From the human T2T-CHM13v2.0 reference genome, Homo sapiens, in the NCBI RefSeq assembly GCF_009914755.1, contig NC_060937.1: DNA of 64,000 bases; one strand, 5' to 3'. The translations under genes and the position numbers were made by a program. Under the pieces are notes generated by a model. That model searched no databases and was not told the origin of the DNA. It saw only the letters and a program-made list of their open reading frames with translations. Positions 26,541-39,325 of the stretch are shown here, in pieces (position 1 is the first letter of the stretch; each line of letters begins with the position of its first letter).

Positions 26541-27290
26541 CTTAGTATGTGTTGGCACTGCAACTGCTGTCCTTGCCGCTGTGTGAGCTGCTGCTGGGTG
26601 GCAGTGTCTCAGGGCTGCCACTTCTGCCCCAGGAGAGCAGAGGGGAGCTGGCGGCCGAGGTGGGGTCGGTGGTGGGGTGAGCCTGCGGCGTTGTGGCTCC
26701 AAGGCCTGCTGGCCTGAAGTCACCCCCGGGATGTGCCCCGTGTGGGACCGTGCGGGATGCAGGGAGGAGCGTGGCTCTGGGGGTGGAGGTGGCGGGCTGC
26801 TGGCATCCTGTCACCGAACCCTCCTTCCACAGGAACGGGGGAATGAGTGGGAGAGCAGTGGGAGAGTGTGCCCTCTCCCCCAGACTCCTCTCTCCCTGTG
26901 GCATGAGAAGGGTGGGATCTGGCTTACCAGGTGAGTGAGCAGGCGTGGCCCGGAAGTCCGTTCCGTCCTGGGCGCACCCACAGGAACTGACATCCGCATG
27001 CCAAGCAGCACCTGGCGGCCACCGGGGAGTGATGCCGGGTGCAGCCTTTACATTCATCCCAAGCACAGTACAGCCCTGCCCTCACCCCATGCCAGGCTGA
27101 CTTTCACCAGATCCAAGCCTGACGTCTTCTCTCCACATAGTCCCGAGTTCCCCTCCCAGGGCCCCATTTAGAGACCTCCCCTTTTCCCGAAGCCACCAGA
27201 CTCATGCAGTCTCCAAGGCTGGGCTAGCCCTCGTCATCTTCTAAGGTTATCCTACATCACAAAGGTAAATGGCATTTAAAATAAAATGTA

Positions 27291-27445
27291 GGCCAGGCTT
27301 GGAGGCGTGCACCTGTAACCCCAGGAGACTAAGGCGGGAGGACCACTTGAGCTCCGGAGATCAAGGCTGCAGTGAGCCGAGATCGCATTATTCCACTCCA
27401 GCCTGGGTGACAGAGCGAGGCCTTGGCTAGAAAAAATAAATAAAA
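27291..27445 (+). mobile_element. FRAM / old Alu right-arm monomer
   Basis: ggccagg...aggctgcagtgagccgagatcgc...ccactccagcctgggtgacagagcgag followed by an A-rich tail; no left arm. Confidence 0.85.
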
Positions 27446-30400
27446 GGCGTTGACTTTAGAGAGTTTCTGACAAAAGAATGGAAATGTTTCTGGTCCCTGC
27501 ATCTAGCCAGCTGTAGTGACCCCGACACGCCAGGATGGGCCGTGCTACCCTGGGCTATGTGTGCAGCGGGGCTGGGACGGGCCAGGCTCGACCTGTGCTG
27601 TGATTTTCCACCCAGAACGTCGCAAATGTTTCCCACCATGTGGAACGTCTGTTGGGGAAATGGTGTTCCAGAGTGTGCAGTGCCCTTCAGAGGCCCTGCG
27701 TCTCCATCTTTTCTCCACGGCATCCTGCGACCGTGCTCCTCAGGTGTGCCCCACGGGCCCGGGAATGCCCTTCTTGGATGCGCCCGATGGTCCCGAGACT
27801 GTCGTCCTCAGATGGGTTCATGGCCCAGGATGGCATCCAGGCTCCTGGTGAGCCCTGTGGGTGGAGACCTGGTGCCGCCCCTCCTCTCTCCTGAGTCCTG
27901 ATGGCTGGCAGTGCCGCCCACGGCACCTGGACGGGGGCTGTGTTGTGTTGTCTGCATCTGTGCACAGCTGAGCCCCTGCCTAGGATCCTCAGCTGCTTTC
28001 TCTGGCTTCACCACCCCCATGAAACTCCTGCACAGATCTGGACGCACCCTGGCAGCTGCTGGGCCAGTCCCGCCCTCGCTATCTCAGGTGTGGCCGGGCA
28101 GCTGTGGGAGCTGGGCCTAGGCGGGTGCTGCTGCCAGCCCTGGGCCGCCCTCGCCTGCACTGCTTTCCCAGCTGAGCGGCTGCTTCCCGTGAACGGAGGG
28201 ACTCTGAGATCATCTCGTCCTCACGTCTCCATCTGGGGAGAGCAACTTCCCAGCTCAGTGGCAGACCCAGAGCCCCGAATTCCCATCGAGAGCCTCGGGT
28301 GAGTCTTGAGACCAAGACCACTGTGGGTCTGGCCCAGGAAAACACACTGCCCTCTCTCTGCTGCACTGAACCCAGGCAGCAGATGCCATCTGCGCTTCCA
28401 GGTTTGCGATGGGGTTGCTGCTGACGCCCCTGTGCAGGGTGGGAGCCGAGGAGCTGGCAGACAGACTCTCAGAGCAGTGTTACACAGGCAGCTCCTGCAG
28501 ACACCTGTGTAGACATCCACGTCACCCATAGCTGGGACCCCGTACGTGGACAGCAGAGTGGGGGGCATGGGTGTCACTGACCTTTGCCCCGTGTCCACTG
28601 TCCCTTCAGCCCCAGCCACCTGGTGAGCCGCGCCCTCTGCATCTGCTGCTACAGAGGTGTTTTATTTGACTTAAGGTTTAGCTGTTTGCTTTGGCAGCAG
28701 GTCCCACCCCACAGCCTGATGGCTCCAGACAGGGCTGACCAGGTTTGTAAAATGAAATTGTCCATCCGGGAGGAGGAGAAAGCAACCCCCCATCCAGGTC
28801 GGTCACCCCACCCTCGTCCGTCACACCTGGTGCCATCACTCCCACAGCTCCTTGGGGTGGGAAGCGATGGGTCGAGTTCCTGCTGGACACGGGCCTCAGG
28901 CCCCCCGGGTGTCCCCAAGGTGCAGGGACCAGCGTGGTGACGCTCATTGTTCAGAGCTGCTGATCTGGGGCTGGCGTGTGTGGTTTCCTCTCCAGGCAGG
29001 GAGCACCTTCCTGTTTAACTGATTGGGACAGGGCAGGAGTGGGCTCTTGGCTGAGGTGCTGGGCCTGCCCGCAGCAGCAGCTGTATGAAGCTGGTGCGTC
29101 GGCTCTGTGCCCTGCGTGAGCCCATGTGTGCGGGGCCTTTGTGTTGCACTTCACTGAGGGCCCCGGGGTCCACTGGGCACCTGCTGGGCTCAAACTGCAG
29201 TGCCTGGGCCACTTTCCATCCTGTGTTCCGAACCCCGTGCACAGCGCAGCTCCTAGACACGGTCATTCATGTAATTTCTAGGCACATTTGTAAAGCACAA
29301 CACACAAATAAAAGGTAAGGGCCAAATAAAGCACGAAGTCTCCTCACTGCTGTTCTTGGGAAGGCAGAACTTAAACGTGTGAAAAAGCTGGAAAACAGCA
29401 TACCAAATACAACAACTAGAAACCCAGGGCCCTGGCATGTCAGGGAAGGGGGAGCTCAGAGCCAGGCCAAGCGTGAGGAGGCCGTGAGCCACAGGCCTGG
29501 CCGGGGCTGTTGGGGAAATGGGCTGGGGACATTTCTGGAGGGTTCCGGAGGGTCCTGGAGGCCTCACCAAGGAGGCTGGAGTGATTGGTTACATTATTCA
29601 TGGAGCTGACTGGGCTCCCAGGACGGGTCTGAAATCACACCAAAGGGAAGCCTGCAAGAAATCACAAGAAATGTGCTTTCCTGGGGGATGGGATGGTCGT
29701 GTGTTCAAAATGTGTGTCCCTGGGGAACGGCTGTGTGTCTGGCATCGACTTGGCCTGGACTTGGCTTCTCTACTGCGCTCCCGATCCCAGGTGTGGGGTC
29801 GATTCTGTCTTGCGCCGATTGGAGGCCTCTGCTGTGGGTGTGGTTTCACGTGCACTGTCTCTGGCTAAAGGTCTAGGTGCTTGGAACAGCTTTTATGAAT
29901 CGGAAACTGGACAGAAACCAGCCTGAGGCCGTGCGAGCTCCCACGGCCCTTGGAGGAAAGCTGTTTCCCATCTCCAGCCAGAGAAGCTGCAGGGATGCCT
30001 TTGGCCTTGACTTGGTCAGCAGGGAGCTGGAAGGGTCAAGAGCTGTGGGTGGGGAGCCCTCAGTCTCCTGGACTGAGTGAGAAACGGTGGGTGAGCAGCC
30101 ATGGCCACAGCGATGAGCCCGGGATGGTTTCCCGTGTGTGGTTCGGGCCACGTGTTCCGGCCTCTGATGGGCATTACTGTGGCCCCCCAGGGACACAGAG
30201 CAGGGCCAGCCCTCCCTGGCACAGGGCCATTGTGAGCCAGTCCCTCCTGAAGATGGCCAGGTCCTCCCCGGCTTGGGGCCAGACCGCCTGGGTCTGCCCT
30301 ATGGTGACTGTTGCGTGGCCCCCTTGCTTGTTGAGCAAATCCATGAGACTCCACTGTGTACCCTGAAGGAGCACGGCCTTTGCCCACCAGAAACTTCAGT

Positions 30401-30966
30401 GTGACAAGACATCGGGGGCCAGGAGAGACGCACAGAAGAGGGGAGCAGCTGATTTCTCGGGGTCCTTGCATCTGTACCAGGGGCCCCTCCTTCCCCACAC
30501 GACGCCCTCTCCTTAGAGGACAGCCTCTGGCACCGCTCACTCACTGTCCCTCTGTTTAAAAACTGAGGCCCTTCTGTGAGAGCCTCCTGCTCAGAACACA
30601 GTCCTCTTTTTCGGCTGATCTTTGCTCACTCCATCTGCATCGGCCGCTGTACGGCTGGCTGCCTGAGACGTCCCAGCCCTCCGTGTCCTCCAGTGCTGGG
30701 AGCACCGAGGGAGGAGGTGGGCCTTGGGCCTCGGGGGTCTCTGCAGGCCTTGAGCACATTGTGGGAGAGGGGGTGTTTGGTACATGTGTCCCAAGCCTGA
30801 GGCCTCTGGGCGTGCTTTGCTGTTGGGGGTTGGAAGCTGGAGGTGAGGACACGTTGGACTGTGCTCAGCTGTGAGGGGACCCACCGTGTGGCACCGTGAT
30901 CTGCTCCTGTGCCCCTGCCGCCTGATAATGTAGGAGTTGTGCCTGCAAAACATGCTTCGGACATTA

Positions 30967-31161
30967 GAGTCGGCTGGGAATGAAGATGCCTGCAGGCCCC
31001 AGAGCACAGGCAGGGCTGAAGTGCGGGCGGCGAGTGGGCTGGGAATGAAGACACCGGAGGGCCCCAGAGTGGAGGCAGGGCTGAGGCACAGGTGGCGAGT
31101 GGGCCGGGAATGAAGACGCCGGCAGGCCCCAGAGCGGAGGCAGGGCTGAGGTGCAGGTGGC
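30967..31161. repeat. 65-bp tandem repeat, 3 copies
   Basis: gagt.ggc.gggaatgaaga... at 30967, 31032 and 31097. Confidence 0.92.
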
Positions 31162-32008
31162 AGGTGCATCGGCTGGTGCCGTGGTGACGGCGTGAGGGGC
31201 CATGATGCCGTGGCCTCCCCCGGGGCTCGTGTTCCAGGGATAGCTCATCTGGGATGCGTTCTGACGGTAGAAGATAGGAACACAGAGATCCCAGACACAG
31301 GAGGTCTGGGTCAATGTGCAGAGCCCAAACCTGCTGTGGCTCAGGGGGCAGCTCACACCGTGGGTACCAGCCAGCCCTAGGTCCAAACTTACAGGGAAGG
31401 ATGGCTGGGCTGGGGAGGACAAATAATTATGGATGGACATCACAGCCCCTCGGTGGTCGTGAGTGGGTGCAGAGGGGCTTGCAGAAGCGACATTCCTGCC
31501 CCAGGGATGAGGCTGCCTCTCAGAGGACCCAGGCGTGGAGGAAGCAGTGGCCCCTCTTAGGCATCCCTCCCCTAAGTGTGTGCAGCGTGGAGATGAGAGT
31601 CTTGGCCCAGGAGGAAGAGTGAGCTTCCAGACTTAGCTTTGGTGCTTGTCAGCGCAATCATGGCTGCAAGAAAAGCCTCCATGGCTGATGTTCCCAGAGG
31701 CAGGGCCTGGCGAGGCCACGCTTTCCTCTCCAGCAAGCGTTTGGACCTGAGGGAGCCGAGGTTTCCAGAGGCAGGAGCCAGGTGTCTGGCATTTGGGGTC
31801 AGCCACCCCCAGAAGCCGGTGTTCCCAGCGGGAGAAGCTGAAGCCTGGAGGGCTGGCTGTGCTGTGCTGGGCACACGCAGGGCAGGAGTCAGTGCACATG
31901 TAAGGCTCTGCGGAGAAAGGCGCCGGAAGAGGCCGGGGCCAGCAGGGACATAGCAGGCCGGGGTCCCACCCAAACCCAGCACCCCTCCCAGGCCTTCTCG
32001 GCTGGGGC

Positions 32009-32092
32009 TGACTCCAGCAGTGGGTGTGATATTCTCAGGAGATGTGCGTTGACTCCAGCACTGGGTGTGATATTCTCAGGAGATGTGCGTTG
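32009..32092. repeat. 41-bp two-copy tandem duplication (1 mismatch)
   Basis: tgactccagca(g/c)tgggtgtgatattctcaggagatgtgcgt at 32009 and 32050. Confidence 0.93.
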
Positions 32093-32799
32093 GTCCCCTT
32101 AGCTCCTTGGGATTTTCGGCTCAAACTCTGGGCCTGGACAAATGGTCTCAGGTAACTTGGGAGCTCGTCAGGGACAGAACCTGAGTTTGAACGAGCTCTC
32201 TGTGGGACTCCCACCCAGGGCAGCGGTTAGGAGCCCCCTCCTGGACTGCCAGTTTTCAAGTGACGTATTTAAGTATCCCCCTCCCGGTCCTGGAAAAGTA
32301 GAGAGGCAGCCGGGAGCCTGCCTTCTGTGTTCTCGGTGCAGGGGTATTCTGAGAACGGCCCCTGCTCACACGGGTTTAAAAGGAACTCAGTGACCACAGA
32401 CGGATGAGAACAGCGGACGCAGCTGCCTCCCAGGCACTCAAAGGCTCAACTCCCCACAGGCGTGTGTTGCCAGGGGCAGAAGGCTTGGCCCCTGGGTCAG
32501 CATACTCTCCGGACAGCTCATCCCTGCCAGCCCAGGTCCCTGCAGCCCTGGGGCTAGCACAGGGGATGCGGACCTCGGCCTAGGTCCCCACAGCTGTGGG
32601 GCTGGCTCGGGGGACGGATCTCTGCTAAGCATGGCCCCTGCCAGCTCAGGTCCCTGCCACTCAGTGGATGGGACTTTGGCGGAGTGTGGGGCCCCTGCAG
32701 GGAGGGTCTAGACAAGCAACACCAGGAACCTGAAGCCTCCCTGGCCGGGGCTCAGCTGTCGCCAGGATCGCAACAGTTAAGCTGCCTGCAGCAGGATAA

Positions 32800-33200
32800 G
32801 TGAGCCGATGCTGCTCCTTAATCAGGGACATCGAATCGGAGGCCCTGGGAGGAGCAGCCGGCTGGCTGCCCTGCAGAGGCCAGGTCTGCCCAGCAAACCC
32901 AGGAAGGTGTGGCGTCCCCGCTTCGCGGCCAAGATGGTGCTGGTGCTGCGCCATCCTTTGTGTGCCCGGGAAGGGCGTTCCGGGAGCCGGGTCGGGGGCT
33001 CCTGACTCGCATTGGGCAGCATGACGGTGCGCCGGCTGTCACTGCTGTGCCGGGACCTCTGGGCGCTGTGGCTGCTGCTGAAGGCCGGCGCAGGTGCGTG
33101 GGGCGCGGGCGGGTCCTCGCCTCCCCGGAAGGTGTTGTGGGGCGACAGTGCGGGGACGCCGGGCGGGGGTGGACGTTCTGGGCCCAGCCCTGTCCTCAGA
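32800..33200 (+). promoter_or_regulatory. CpG-rich putative alternative promoter/5' UTR for the MTVRR first exon
   Basis: Visibly elevated CpG density around the ATG exon (e.g. ggcgtccccgcttcgcggcc, gggcgcgggcggg, gacgccgggcggggg). The transcription start site cannot be determined. Confidence 0.55.
33021..33093 (+). CDS. MCF2L: MCF2L alternative first coding exon, MTVRRLSLLCRDLWALWLLLKAGA(D)
   Basis: ATG at 33021 (agcATGa, A at -3), 24 codons plus 1 nt, donor CAG|GTGCGT at 33094. Phase 1 is compatible with the exon at 45872. Lies in a CpG-rich patch. Confidence 0.85.
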
Positions 33201-33996
33201 GGCTGCTGGGGCAGAAGCCCGGGGCTGGGGGATGCCGGGGATGGATGTTGGGGTGGGTGCCTCCGAGACCAGAGGAGCCCTGTTCCTTGGCAGGGAAGGT
33301 GTGCACGGGCCTTGCCCGATGGATGGTTTAGGGCCATGGCCCTGGGGTCCCTGGTGAGCAGTGGGGCCGCCTCTGCCCTTGGCCTGTGAGGGACTGTCTG
33401 TGCTGGTCCCAGAAGGCTGGGATCACCTTTCCACTGGCTCCTTTGTTCGAGGTTTTTCATAGACAGGCTATGTGGACAAATGAGGGCAGCGCCCACGTCT
33501 GGCTGGTGGAGGGGCTGCGGCTCCTCCTTGGAGGGGACGCCTGGCCACTGCTGTCCCCACAATGGGGCCACCCGTGGTGCAAGGCGTGACAAGCTGCCCT
33601 CTCTAGGTAAGCAGGACTTGGGAGGCCCCTGGCCAAGCCTGTGGACCCGGCTGGGCGGCCTCTGTGGTCTCAGGTTTGGGTGTGTTTGGTCTGGTCAGGG
33701 CTCAGGGGCTGCTGGTCCACACTGGCCCCATCCTGACAATTGGAGCTTTGGGGCAAGGTCCCTGGAGAAGGGGTCACGTGGGGAGGAAACAGCCTGGGTT
33801 TTGTTGATGCTTTTCTAAGAATGGAGTACTCGTTTTCAAGAGATTTGTCCTAATTATATTTTCCAGCGGGTACTTATGCCAAGTATTGATGAATAATTCA
33901 TAAAATAAGCATCTTTGTGAATTTTAGTGAATCAGACCTTAACTATCAACGGCAATGAATGAACATCTAAAGTTTCCAATTTTAAAGTAAAGAACT

Positions 33997-34264
33997 GGCT
34001 GGGTACAGCAGTTCACGCCTGTAATCCCAGCACTTTGGGAGGCCAAGGCTAGAGGATCGCTTGAGCCCAGGAGTTTGAGATCAGCCTGGGCAACATACCA
34101 AGACCTCATCTGTTAAAAAAAAAAAAAAAATTAATAGGCTGGGTGTGGTGGCGTGTGCCTGTAGTCCCAGCCACCTGGGGGGCTGAGAGGGGAGAATCAT
34201 TTGAGCCCAGGAGGTCAAGGCTACAATAAGGTATGATTGCACAACTGTACTCTAGCCTGGGTGA
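33997..34264 (+). mobile_element. AluJ element lacking its 3' end and tail
   Basis: Diagnostic ggatcgcttgagcccaggag in the left arm and ttgagcccaggaggtcaaggct in the right arm; ends at gcctgggtga, abutting a minisatellite. Confidence 0.93.
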
Positions 34265-34268
34265 GGGC

Positions 34269-34620
34269 GTGAGCAGGTGCAGGTGGCCACCCCAGGTTAT
34301 GGGGTTGGCTGTGGAGCACTGGGGAAGGCTCCAGGGTAAGCAGGGGTAGGTGGCCCCCGTGGGTTTTGGGGTTGGCTTTGGGGCACCATGGAAGGCTTCG
34401 GGGTGAGTAGGGGCAGGTGGCCCCCTGGGTTATGGGGTTGGCTGTGGAGTACCGTGGAAGGCTTTGGGGTGAGTAGGGGCAGGTGACCCCCTGGGTTATG
34501 GGGTTGGCTGTGGAGCACCGTGGAAGGCTCTGGGTTGAGTAGGGGCAGGTGGCCCCCTGGGTTTTGGGGTTGGCTGTGGGGCACCGTGGAAGGCTCCGGT
34601 GTGAGCAGGGGTAGGTGGCT
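34269..34620. repeat. About 66-bp G-rich minisatellite, about 5 copies
   Basis: Unit gtgagtaggggcaggtggccccctgggttatggggttggctgtggagtaccgtggaaggctttggg. Confidence 0.93.
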
Positions 34621-35724
34621 GCTTTAAGAGAGGTTGTGTCCCCTGGGTGCCCCCTGGTTTCGCACCCCTGAAGCCCTGGCCACCCCATCCTGCAGTTCCC
34701 TCCTGAAGGACCAGGCAAAGCCAGGACCACCCTGGACAAGAGGAGGAATTGTCCTTCTGAGCCCTGACGGTTCCGTGATCAGACCCGGGACCTGCTCCAG
34801 GCTCTGTTTTAGTGTCTCACGTCCTCTTAGGGTACATTGAAGAAGCATTGTCGGTGCCAGGGTCAGCCAGGGTCAGCCAGGCCTGTGTTCCTCACTGTGC
34901 CCCTCCTCACTCCTGCAGAGGCCTAGGGACCTGGAAGGAACTTGCCACCTGTGGGTGACCTTTCTCAGAAGGTAAAATGCAGGGTGGGGCGAGCCCCACT
35001 GGCCTTGGAGAGTCTGTCCTCGGGCCCAGAGGGTGCCAGTTGGGGGAGGCGCAGAAGGACTGAGACACTTGGATTCCACAGAGAGGTCACCGTGGTACAG
35101 TCCAGACTGTTGTTTTTAATTTTAAAGGAAAGAATTTGTTATGACGACTGTTCTCATTCTCCTTTAGGCATTTTTAACATGTGTTCCAGGCAGACCAGGC
35201 TGTGGCCCTTCCCTCGTGGCTGGTGCAGGCCACGCCTCCCCCCGGCCCAGCGAGTAGGGAGGTTTGGCTCTGGCATGACCCTCCGGGGCACAAGTGTCCT
35301 CGGGGAGCTGGTCCCTACTACATAGAGGCCACCTGGCGTCACTTGGCAGAGGAGGACGGGGCACCACCCTGCAGAGAAGCGTCCATCTGCCCGTCAGTGT
35401 GCGGCCACACTTGGTGGTCCTCTTCACCTTGGCCTCTTGTTGAGCGCACCTCCCACCTGCACAGCATCCTGCGTCGTAGCCAACACCACCTCCTCCATGG
35501 ACCTCAGTCTGCAGCCGTCACTCCATGTCTGCAGCTGGGGCCCTGGCCAGCCCCCATGGCGCAGTGCTGGGGGGTTCCTCTGGGTCCCTGTAGCCTCCAT
35601 AACATAACCTGGGAGCAGGAAGATCCCCCTGGGTCTGCTCACCTGGTGGGGGGCAGCCATCACCAAAGCCGTCTGCCTGCATCACCGGCTGAATTGCAGC
35701 CATGATCCCACAAGGAAGCCTTGT

Positions 35725-35820
35725 CTCAGCTTTACAGAGGAGGAGGAGGCCCAGAGAGAGAAAGCAACTGCCCAGAGTCACACAGCTCAGGGAGGTTGTG
35801 TTCAGGGTGAGGTCTGTGCT
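35725..35820 (-). mobile_element. MIR fragment
   Basis: tttacagaggaggaggaggcccagagaga...aactgcccagagtcacacagct resembles the antisense MIR core. Confidence 0.6.
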
Positions 35821-35989
35821 CCCGCAGGGCCAGTGAGTGTCTTTCCTGTGGCAGCCGCTGGCCCACGTGTGTGGTGATGACACCAAGCACACGGACCACG
35901 CGTGTGTTCAGATGCTGCCTGGGCTTCACGTTGGTGCCCATTTCTCTCTGGACCTTACGAAGACAAGTTTGCGGAGGCATGGCAGCCCG

Positions 35990-36985
35990 TGCATGCTGTT
36001 GGTGGGCACGTAAGTTGGTGCAGGTATCACGGAAAACAGTGTGGGGTATGGAGGTTCCTCAAGTAATTGAAAAGAGCACTGTCGTTGGAGCCAGGAGTCC
36101 CCACTGTGGGTGGGTATCGGGGAAAGGAGTGAGCGTGTTAAAGAGCCACCCGCCCTCCAGAGCTCACCAGCCCACACGTGGAATCGACCCCAGTGGCCGT
36201 TAGTGGATGGGCGCGTGAAGATGATGTGGGGCACACACAATAGAGTGCTGCTGGGTCTTTGTTAGAAAGGAAAGCCTGTCATTCGAGACAGCACGGATGA
36301 GCCTGGAGGACAGTGCTGAGCAAAATCAGCCACAGGCAAAGCCACGGCCTGCTGAGTAAAACCAGCTGCAGGCACGGAAAGGCAAAGCCACGGCCCCACT
36401 CGTGTGGGGTGTCAGAGACGCCGACAAGCACGGTGGCTACTGGGGGCTGGGGTGGGGAAGCCTGGGGAGATGCTGGCCGGAGGACACAGAGTTTCCGTTG
36501 TGCCAAATGAATGAAGTCTGGGGGTCTGTTCGTGGTGGGCCATGGACTATTCGTGGTGACTGACTGTGGTCTGTTTGTGGTGGCCGTGGCGTGTTTGTTG
36601 TGGCCATGGTTGGTTTGTGGTGGCCGTGGTCTGTTTGTGGTGGCCGTGGTTGGTTCTGGGTGGCTGTGGTCTGTTTGTGGTGGCCGTGGTCTGTTTGTGG
36701 TGACCATGGTTGGTTCTGGGTGGCTGTGGTCAGTTCATGGTGGCTGTGACCTGTTCAAGGTGGCCGTGGCCTGTTTGTGGTGACTGTGGTTAACGCTGTA
36801 TTTGTACCTGAGGTTTGCTGGGAGTGGATGTTGGGTATTCTAACTGTAAAAGGAAATGGCAGCTGTGGGAGGTGACAGTCAGTCACCAGTGAGTTTGGTG
36901 GTGGCTATGGTTTCACAACGTGAACTATATCAAAACAGCACGTGTGCGCCTTAAATACATACAATTATTTTTCTCAATATAGCTG
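35990..36985 (+). mobile_element. L1MA-type LINE-1 3' end, GC-shifted and interrupted by a simple repeat
   Basis: tgttggtggg...ggaaaacagt...tatggaggttcctcaa, ggatgagcctggaggaca, ggggagatgctggcc and tatatcaaaacagcacgtgtgcgccttaaatacatacaatt occur in the order expected for the L1 ORF2 end and L1MA 3' UTR. Confidence 0.8.
36525..36790. repeat. GT-rich degenerate repeat (about 20-bp unit, tctgtttgtggtggccgtgg) inside the L1
   Basis: Direct reading. Confidence 0.85.
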
Positions 36986-38991
36986 GAAAAAATAGCCAGA
37001 AGCTGTAAGCTCAGGAAGTGATGAGCCAGCCAAGGGCTCCGTTCACAACACCCTGCACAGTGAACAGAGCTGAGTAAATGGGGCTGCTTAGCGAAAATCA
37101 TCGGACTCGAAGCTCCCTGATGGCTCCAACATCTTCCGTGACTCTGGGCAACTCCTGTGCAATGGGAGGCCGTGCCCTGCCATGTCCCCGCCTTCCTGCC
37201 CACAAGCCTGCCCTGTCCCAGCCACTGGGGTCTCACTCACCCATCAGCCTGGAAACAGACGCATGTCGGCACCCTCCCAGCCCCTCTGCGAGAGCCTCTC
37301 CATAGCCTCGCTGTTGAGCCCGTGGCAGTGAAGGTCCCAGGCGCTGGAGCAGACGGCGTGGGCTCAGTCCTGGCACTGCCTGCCCTGCAGTCCTGGGCTG
37401 CTTACAGCTGAGCCTGACCTTGAATTCCCCGTCTTTAAAACAAGGATGATGAGGCTTCATGCTCCCTAGGTCCTCGCGAGGACTCACTCAATGCACTGGA
37501 GCCAGGTGTGAGTAGGAAACCTGCCTTTCTGGCCTGATCCTCCCCCCGGGAGCACAGGGTGGTCCTCATCTGAACCCCGAGGGGGTCTCCCTGGCATGCC
37601 CTTTCTCCCTGGACCCCTAGCCATTCCAGGTGCAGCTGCCAGTGCGACCCCTCCTGCGGACAGGAGGTCCATGTGAGGGCTCAGCTGCCTCTGAACCGGA
37701 AAGGCGCTGGCAGGCAGTGGCTGGGAGAGCAGGCGCACCCTGGGCGGCCTCCAGGAGAGAAAGGGAGACGTGTGCATCTCAGTGGGGGCTGGCGGGAGAC
37801 ACTAAGGTGTTGAAGACCCTCGGGTCTGGGCCCTGTGGAAATGCTCCCTGCGGGTGCCACCAGCCCTGCCCACTCAGCAGTCACTTGAGAACGCCCCGAG
37901 CATCTGGCCCAGGAGGCTCGGCCTGGAGCCTCACATGTGCGGAGGTTTGGCTCAGCCCCCAAGGGCAGGCCCAGGTCTGTGGCGGGGTGTGGGGAGGCAG
38001 CGGAGCCATGGGTACTGTGTAGCGGGTAGGGCTGTGACCGGAGGTGGCAAAGCCGGCAGCCAGCCCGGCCCTTGGGGGAGAGGGTGGCAGGGTCAGGGTC
38101 TCTGAACTCTGGAAGGAACCTGCGTCCCTCATCCTGAAACCCGGCCTCCTGTGTCTCTCAGACAGTGGCTCTCAGTCACTTTGGTCTCTGGTGCCTCTGC
38201 CCCTTGATTTTTTAAGTTGTTCTAGCTCAGAAGCCATTGTGTGTATGGTGTGACTACACCCCAGCCAGGGCATGAGTGCACACAGATCCAGGGTCCGTGC
38301 AGAGCCCGCCAGGTGTAGGGTGGATGCTGAGGCCCACCTGGCTGAAACTGCACTCAGGCCATTTTACTGATGTCAGGAAACGTTCATGAAAATGCAAGCT
38401 GGTGAGCAGGCAAGTGCCCCCCTGCATGACAGACCCTCCTGGTGCCCCTGGCTCAGACAGTGTGACCTTGAGAACAGCGGGGGTCTAACCCCTGACCCCA
38501 GCGTCCGTGTCACCTGGGAGCCTCACCTTGAGACCCCTGCGTTGTGGTTCTGAAATCACTTGAGTGGGCCGTGGCCACCGTGAGGCGGAGAAAGAGGAAA
38601 TACCTGCCAGAAGATCAAATTGCAATCCGTGTAATTTAAAGATCTCACTGGGCTTTGTTGGCGATTCTAGAGTGGGGCAGCACTGCATTCCATGAACTAG
38701 AATTAAGAGCTCCAGTGAAACACGCAGTGCGGGGCCGGCTGTACAGACAGGGCTGAGGAAAGCAGAAACTGTGCAAACGCGGTTCGGCGGCCTCAGTCAC
38801 TGTCCTTTGTAAGCTTGGGGAGTCGGCGGGAGAGACGTGACCCACTGGCCACTTCAGGCGGCTCTGTGTCGTAAGGATCAGTTTCACATTAGGTGATTGC
38901 CGGACTTACATCAAGCTTGAAGAAGCAGAAGATCCCTGCACACACGTGTGGCCCAGACCAAGAGCCGTCACGTGACAAACTTTGTGCTTAA

Positions 38992-39325
<334 letters not shown>

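Noticed and set aside
32255-32285. TGACGT followed by TATA-like TATTTAA
   Set aside because: Single short motifs about 750 bp from the exon are expected by chance, and no transcription start can be assigned.
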